From Hormiphora californensis (Eukaryota; Animalia; Ctenophora): a stretch of DNA of 64,000 nt. Numbering within the stretch: position 1 is the stretch's first letter; every line of letters begins with the position of its first letter. Made by a program: the position numbers and the translations under genes. Positions 53,811 through 64,000 of the stretch are shown here, in pieces. The notes under the pieces were generated by a model. That model did not search any database, was not told the DNA's origin, and saw nothing but the letters and a program-made list of their open reading frames with translations. The stretch is from assembly GCA_020137815.1 (NCBI GenBank), contig CM035357.1:3968001-4032000 (forward strand), written 5' to 3'.

Positions 53811-54696
53811 CTATCCTACTTGGATGATATTGTTTTTGATGTAGTACTTTCCGCCCGGGTCCTCTAAGCGGAGCTTTTTCAAGGGCTTTTCAAGGGCTTT
53901 TCAAGGGCTTTTCGCTCCTTAATTTGGATCGGTGTTAAATCTGGCGACAAGTAAACAGCTGCGAAATGTTCCGAGGTCTTGAGCTGTCGCGACTTTTTCA
54001 GCAGCGCCATAAGTGTTGCTCGTCTTTCAAATGAAACCACAAGTGGTCGAGGGCCCTTCTCGTTTTTCTCGCCGATACGTTTCATCGAATTAACTTTAGG
54101 TTTTTCGTTCAGCTCAGCAAACAAACCATCGACACTGGTCTTGGTCAGGCGGTCAGTTGTTTCAGGAATACCAAAAATAACGAGGTTTTTTATCCCTCTC
54201 GGACAATGGTGCGTGAGTTGGTTCTTGAGAAGATTTTCTCACCACTGGAGAGACTGCAGCACAGTTTTGAGCAAGTACAGTAGAGTAAGCTTTCACCTTC
54301 TGCACTGAAGTTGTCATTGAACTGAGTTGTTCCTTTTGGCTGTTTATCAATGTTTGTTGCAGCTCGATCACCGTAACACGGTGGCGGTCAAGTTCTTCCT
54401 TGCCACTTACTCAACTGGTCTTCTAGTTTCCTCGTACTACTAACCTCATCAAGGCTAAACATTGAACACTTCAGAAGTTTCACACCGGACAAAAATGTTT
54501 TACACGTAGTGTCAATGATTTCCTCTTTAGATAAGGGCTTGAGAATACGTCTAAAGTGGTTGCATATATCGTCACCAGGTGAACCAAGTTTTGACTCAGG
54601 GAATTGTTTGATAAAGTTGTAGCTATTCGTTACTTGTTGCTGTTCAAAAGTTATCTCTTCCGAGGTATCCTCGTAATCCATTCTCATAATTTCCAT
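53811..54696 (-). pseudogene. Frameshifted LINE ORF1-like sequence (CR1/L2-type), copy B
   Basis: KNLVIFGIPE, RIGEKNEKGPRPLVVSF, VYLSPDLTPIQIKERK and KYYIKNNIIQVG*. Homologous to copy A and convergent with it. Confidence 0.68.
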
Positions 54697-55323
54697 AACT
54701 GGTCGTTCACTGCTTTTATCAATCGTACTCTCGTAGGGTTATCGCCCTCGTTGTCTTTCGTTCCCATCACTACCTAGAGGCTCACGCCTCAAATTAATTT
54801 GTTTAAAGTAGTGTTGAAAAGTTTGAAACGCCCACCAATCACAGTGCAGAACGCGCGAAGCACTCCGCGCGTTCTGAGCTGTGATTGGTGGGCGTGACTT
54901 GATTGTGCATGACTTGAACATTTCCGAGGGGCCTCATTAAAAAAAACGCAATCCAAACTTCGCGTTCTCGTTGCAGGATTGCTGTTTTATTTTGTTCTCG
55001 TTGCAGGCCAGGAGGTTGAAAAGCGCTGCCTTATCCCGCAGCAGCGTTTGCTAAGCCGTGAGGGCGTGAGGCGGGAAACGTTCAAATGACAAATCAGAGG
55101 GTTTTGAGTTTCAGGCCCTAAATTAAACCGAAAAAGCTCCATTGTTGTTTCTTTTCAAAGAGAAGAAGGCTTCAAAACAGTCTCGATGAGAGATCGGAAT
55201 GTAATCTAATGGCTCTCTTCAGTTCTCTAAATCATCCCTCTCTGTCAGCCATTCCTTTCTGTTATAGCATAGAGTCATAGACTTTTTGGCGTCCTATTGC
55301 CACATTGACCCCTCTGTGTTGTC

Positions 55324-55403
55324 CTGTCAGAGCATTGGCCTGACCCTATTCTCATTACTTTCTCGTGCGCGATAACCATGTGGTCAGGGCATTGGCCTGA
55401 CAG
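55324..55403. mobile_element. 80-bp hAT-like mini-MITE
   Basis: CTGTCAG...CTGACAG with 8-bp TSD GTGTTGTC. Same family as 8630-8709, with fragments at ~1453, 3587, 20250, 37053 and 49634. Confidence 0.8.
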
Positions 55404-55657
55404 GTGTTGTCAGTTGTGTTTTTGTGTGTTATCTAGCCACTTGTGCACTGTGCATTACACTGCGGGATAGATCAAAACAGTGTGCAAATTCACCTCAATA
55501 ACATGCTCCAGCTGTTGATACACGTCTGACCCGCCGCGACACAAAACTTGTATAGTGGCATTGTTAGTGGCATCTTTGCAAGACTAATAAGACTATAAAT
55601 AACCCCAATCTTTTAGGATGTAAAAGTGGAAACAACACACGAGATTTGATGTAAGAT

Positions 55658-59633
<3,976 letters not shown>

Positions 59634-60132
59634 GAGAGAGAAACATTCGATGATGAATCAAAAATGAAACTGTACGAGATAAAATAAGTGGTTTTAGTTT
59701 TCGTTTGATATGATTATGAGTTTTATATTATGAATCCTGCATGATTTATATAAGTTAGCATTATATCTGTGATTTCAGTGATTCCCGAGTTGTTAAACTT
59801 TTTCGAAATTGGAAATTTATCACAGAGAGTGGTATCCTGGATGAATGGCCCAGTAATTGGCAGATGTGTTGTACAATTCTACACGCCAAGGGACAGAAAC
59901 ACTGAAAAACCCCACCTGGGTGATCCATGGTTACCATAGAAACTGCTCCGGGACAGAGTGACTTGACGTTACGCGCGCCGCCGAACACTCTTGAAGTGAA
60001 TTCATCGCGCGAGAAAGCCGCGCATCGTGGGAAAATTCCCGGCAGATGCAGCTGCTTTCAGATTCTCCGGAAACTGTCACTGACACCGCTAGGCTAGCTA
60101 ACCCAATACACAACTTCACGAACTCGAATGAA

Positions 60133-60979
60133 GGGGGGGGGGGGGGGGGGGGGGGGCCGGCTGAAGTTTTTGAAGTTTTTGAAGTCAACTTCAAAAACTT
60201 CAAAGAGAAACTTAGGGTGGAAAACTTCAAAAACTTCAAAAACTTCAAAAACTCATATCTCCTAAACCATTGGAGATAGGCCCTATGTTGCTTCATAACT
60301 CGTATATAAACTTGCATATTCCGAACAAGATGCACCCCTTTAAAAAGCTTATAGTCACTCATAAACCATTAAAACTGGTCTAGCCCAAAAAAAGTCATGC
60401 GCACACACAAAATTATGAAAATATCCCATTATCCCTCGAATTAGATGAGGTGGAGACTTCATTTTGGCACGTACCCCCACTAACTCGAGGCCGCTGATGA
60501 TTTTGGTGTCCATTTTTTTTTTTCACTACTCCCTTCATAAAAAATTTGCATTTTGTGAAACTGGCAAAAAGAGTGTGGCCCCAAAAAATTTTTTGAAAAT
60601 TTACTTCATAATTTTTAAACACTTTCTTAACATTTTCTAGGCAATTTTTTGAGTTATAGAATGAAAATAAAATCTGTTTTTACAAAAAATTTAAATTTTT
60701 TACACTAAATTGTGCCATGGATTTCATGGCTAGGAATCATTGTAAATATCCTAATTTGTGGTAGAAAAAGGGCAGACAAGGACGGATAACTTTGCCACAA
60801 TATGTATTAAGCATGAAACTAACCTAAACAAGTATAATAATAGTCACTGATAGCATATAAAATTAGTTTAGAGTTTTTGAAGTTTTTGAAGTTTTTGAAG
60901 TCAACTTCAAAAACTTCAAAAACTCAAAAAGTAGGGTGGAAAACTTCAAACTTCAAAAACTTCAGCCGGCCCCCCCCCC
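60133..60979. mobile_element. TIR element with poly-G/poly-C termini and 15-bp flanking duplication
   Basis: (G)nCCGGCTGAAGTTTTTGAAG ... CTTCAAAAACTTCAGCCGG(C)n, with ACGAACTCGAATGAA on both sides and subterminal aaaacttca repeats. Confidence 0.75.
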
Positions 60980-61839
60980 ACGAACTCGAATGAAAACAGG
61001 GTTTGAGGTGCAAGCAGACAGCCCGGAAGTGACTTCCCTGAGCCTCCTTGAGTTGAATCATTTCAACACACCCCAGCTAGCCCTGTCTGGCGCCGCGACC
61101 CCGTCAAATGGGGTATGGCGCCGCCATACAGAGCTAACCGACACAAATTGAAACTCGATAGTTTTTCTCGATAGAAAAGAAATAGGCTTATTGAAATTGA
61201 CTTTTAACATTATTGTAGGGGCAGTGTGTAAATATGCATCCACGCGATACAGGTGGAAACTCGCCAATAAATTCACGTAGCAGTAACGGCAGGCAGATAT
61301 GTGCTGCTGTGCCAGTCACTACCTCGATATAAACGAAAAACTGCTGACAAATGAATATTAGTGTTGTTGTAAAGAGATTACAATTCTTGGAAATATTAGA
61401 ACTTTTAGAGATGTTTAGACTTAATCGGAAACCAGTTATTGAAAGTGGTGTCACAATTGGTATGTATGTCACTTGGTATGTATGTCACTTGGTATGGTGC
61501 TCCGCATTTGGATAAACTGTAACTCTATTGGAAATTTAGGGTACTAAATTAATTGTAATCTCTTAACACATCACCCTGTATTTGCAACACGCACACACTA
61601 AAAAGAGACCAGGAAATAACCTGAAAGATCTGAACGAGCGCTTAAAGAAGGAGAAGTATGCGACGCGGCCTGAAAACCAACAAATTGTTCAAAGAATCTA
61701 AACGCCATTGTATATATCTATACATTATACGTGTATATAATTTATGTATATTGAAAGCCGATCCGCATTAGATCATCATAATATCACTTATCATACTTCA
61801 GAGTACTATAATATAGCGATATATAGTTACCATATATAT

Positions 61840-63181
61840 TAGGGTGCGTCATTTTGCAAAAAAGTTTTCCGATTTGACTGAAACCTTCCCAGAAGTTGTG
61901 GACAGGTACACAGAGAAGGACTGTGAAGTTTCAGCCCCCTACTCCAACTCCTTACGGGTACAAAATGCTTTTTATGCGCATGGGAAGTGTTACTTCCCGC
62001 GCGCCCATTTTGGCCCATTTTTGCCATTTTAGGACATCCAAAAAATCTACAAAAATTTCTAGTTGCTTCTTGGATTGCTAAGAGTCGTTTATAAGTCAAA
62101 TAAAAGCATTTAAACGATTTTTGTAAAAAAATAATTTTATTTTTCCCCCATTTTTGGCAGGCTTGACACAAGGCTTCATTTCATATCCTTCCATTTGACC
62201 TTTGCTGTTGTTTTTCTTATACAGGCCCATAAACCCTCAGAGATGCTAAAAGAAGTTAATAGAGGACCATAGAGACCCAGAGAGGCCCATAGAGACCCAT
62301 AATGGCCCCTATATACCCATAGAGGCCTATGCGGGATGGCATTGAGGTTCATAGAGGCCCCTTAGAGGGTCATAGAGACCAATTAAGGTCCATAGAGGCC
62401 CACACAGGCCACTAGAGCTTCATAGAGTCCCCTTAAAGGCCCATAGAGACCGACAGAGGGTTTATGTATGCACATAGAGGTCCATAAAGCTTCAAAGAGG
62501 CCCGTAGATGCCATTAGAGGCTTATAGAGTCCTCTTGAGGCCCCTTAGAGAGTATATAGACCATCTGTCGGTCTCTATGGGCCTTTAAGGGGACTCTATG
62601 AAGCTCTAGTGGCCTGTGTGGGCCTCTATGGACCTTAATTGGTCTCTATGACCCTCTAAGGGGCCTCTATGAACCTCAATGCCATCCCGCATAGGCCTCT
62701 ATGGGTATATAGGGGCCATTATGGGTCTCTATGGGCCTCTCTGGGTCTCTATGGTCCTCTATTAACTTCTTTTAGCATCTCTGAGGGTTTATGGGCCTGT
62801 ATAAGAAAAACAACAGCAAAGTTCAAATGGAAGGATATGAAATGAAGCCTTGTGTCAAGCCTGCCAAAAATGGGGGAAAAATAAAATTATTTTTTTACAA
62901 AAATCGTTTAAATGCTTTTATTTGACTTATAAACGACTCTTAGCAATCCAAGAAGCAACTAGAAATTTTTGTAGATTTTTTGGATGTCCTAAAATGGCAA
63001 AAATGGGCCAAAATGGGCGCGCGGGAAGTAACACTTCCCATGCGCATAAAAAGCATTTTGTACCCGTAAGGAGTTGGAGTAGGGGGCTGAAACTTCACAG
63101 TCCTTCTCTGTGTACCTGTCCACAACTTCTGGGAAGGTTTCAGTCAAATCGGAAAACTTTTTTGCAAAATGACGCACCCTA
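61840..63181. mobile_element. hAT-like foldback element (~620-bp arms)
   Basis: TAGGGTGCG...CGCACCCTA with 8-bp TSD ATATATAT. The interior is a degenerate ggcccatagag minisatellite. Confidence 0.82.
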
Positions 63182-63633
63182 ATATATATATATGAATATA
63201 TGTAGTATATATGTATATTATATATGCATGTACTATATCCAATACTGCGAATCTAATCAGGTGATTTGGAAGACGGGATTTCGTCTGTGGGGCAATAGAT
63301 TCAGAGTATTAAAGTAAACCTTGCTGTTAGCGGCCCCAACACGCACGTTTTCCCGACATCACAAACTTGACCGAACTCAGTTAAAACTTTAACCTTCTCT
63401 ACTTCAGGACTATCTTAGAACATACTTTTAGGGAATATGAGTTATAGCCACAACAATTTTTAGGGCCTTAGAATAAATGATCCAAACTATGTGCAATAAT
63501 GATCAGCGTAGGAGATATATATGTGTAACTACGGTATATATATAAAGGTTAATGTGTGACAGACACCCAAACACGCACACACACTCACACACACACACAC
63601 ACTGAGCTGTACCTCTTATAACAAGAATTGTTA

Positions 63634-63719
63634 CAGTCGGACCCTGATATACCGGCATCTCGATTTACCGGGCAAAATGGCTTCCCCCGAGAGGATCCCG
63701 GTAAATCGGGGTCTGACTG
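63634..63719. mobile_element. 86-bp pogo-like MITE
   Basis: TA-CAGTCGGACCC...GGGGTCTGACTG-TA. Confidence 0.8.
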
Positions 63720-64000
63720 TATAATCATCAGTGCAGGGAGCAATATCAAGTATAGATTTCAACCTGACACGGCCATCGATCCCACCAAGTTGCTGTGTAA
63801 TTGGTCCTCAGGGAAACATGCCCAAGTAGCAAACCTTGTTTAGGGTCTAAAGTTCTCCCACGGCCTCGCTCCTGAGACAAGATCTCAAAAAGAAGAATTG
63901 TCTCTATCCTTGCAAAGGGGGCGGAGCCCATGAGAAATCTTAAAAAAACCCTAAGTTAGGATTTACTTGGGTGCTATCCTAAAAACCTCTCGACAACGCC

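Noticed and set aside
61839-63182. Identical 110-aa ORFs on both strands
   Set aside because: Mirror images produced by the palindrome; no transposase motifs.

Overview
This is intron-rich eukaryotic (animal-type) DNA, not prokaryotic. The style of the repeats, notably a ~109-bp CAGGAATCGACCGA element, suggests a cydippid ctenophore, but that is an unverified impression. About ten genes can be assembled by hand from GT-AG exons. They encode a Cys-rich single-pass PPxY membrane protein, an M14A carboxypeptidase, an arylsulfatase with a ~300-aa acidic insert, an orphan secreted protein, a serine/threonine dehydratase, a coiled-coil protein, an intronless YKT6, two tandem paralogous small secreted Cys-rich precursors (RhxxhE coiled coil, C-terminal G-K/R), an MFS transporter with a ~800-aa Trp-Tyr/acidic repeat N-terminus, and an EFCAB12-like protein. 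Introns and intergenic DNA are full of non-autonomous transposons. These include TA-inserting pogo/Tc1-like MITEs, 8-bp-TSD hAT-like MITEs, a head-to-tail Helitron array nested in a MITE, an IS3EU-like foldback with a 6-bp TSD, a TIR element with a 15-bp flanking duplication, and two convergent LINE ORF1-only copies. Several genes carry single +1 frameshifts, two of them clearly in short homopolymers, and 12.3-15.0 kb is low-quality sequence, so assembly error must be kept in mind.
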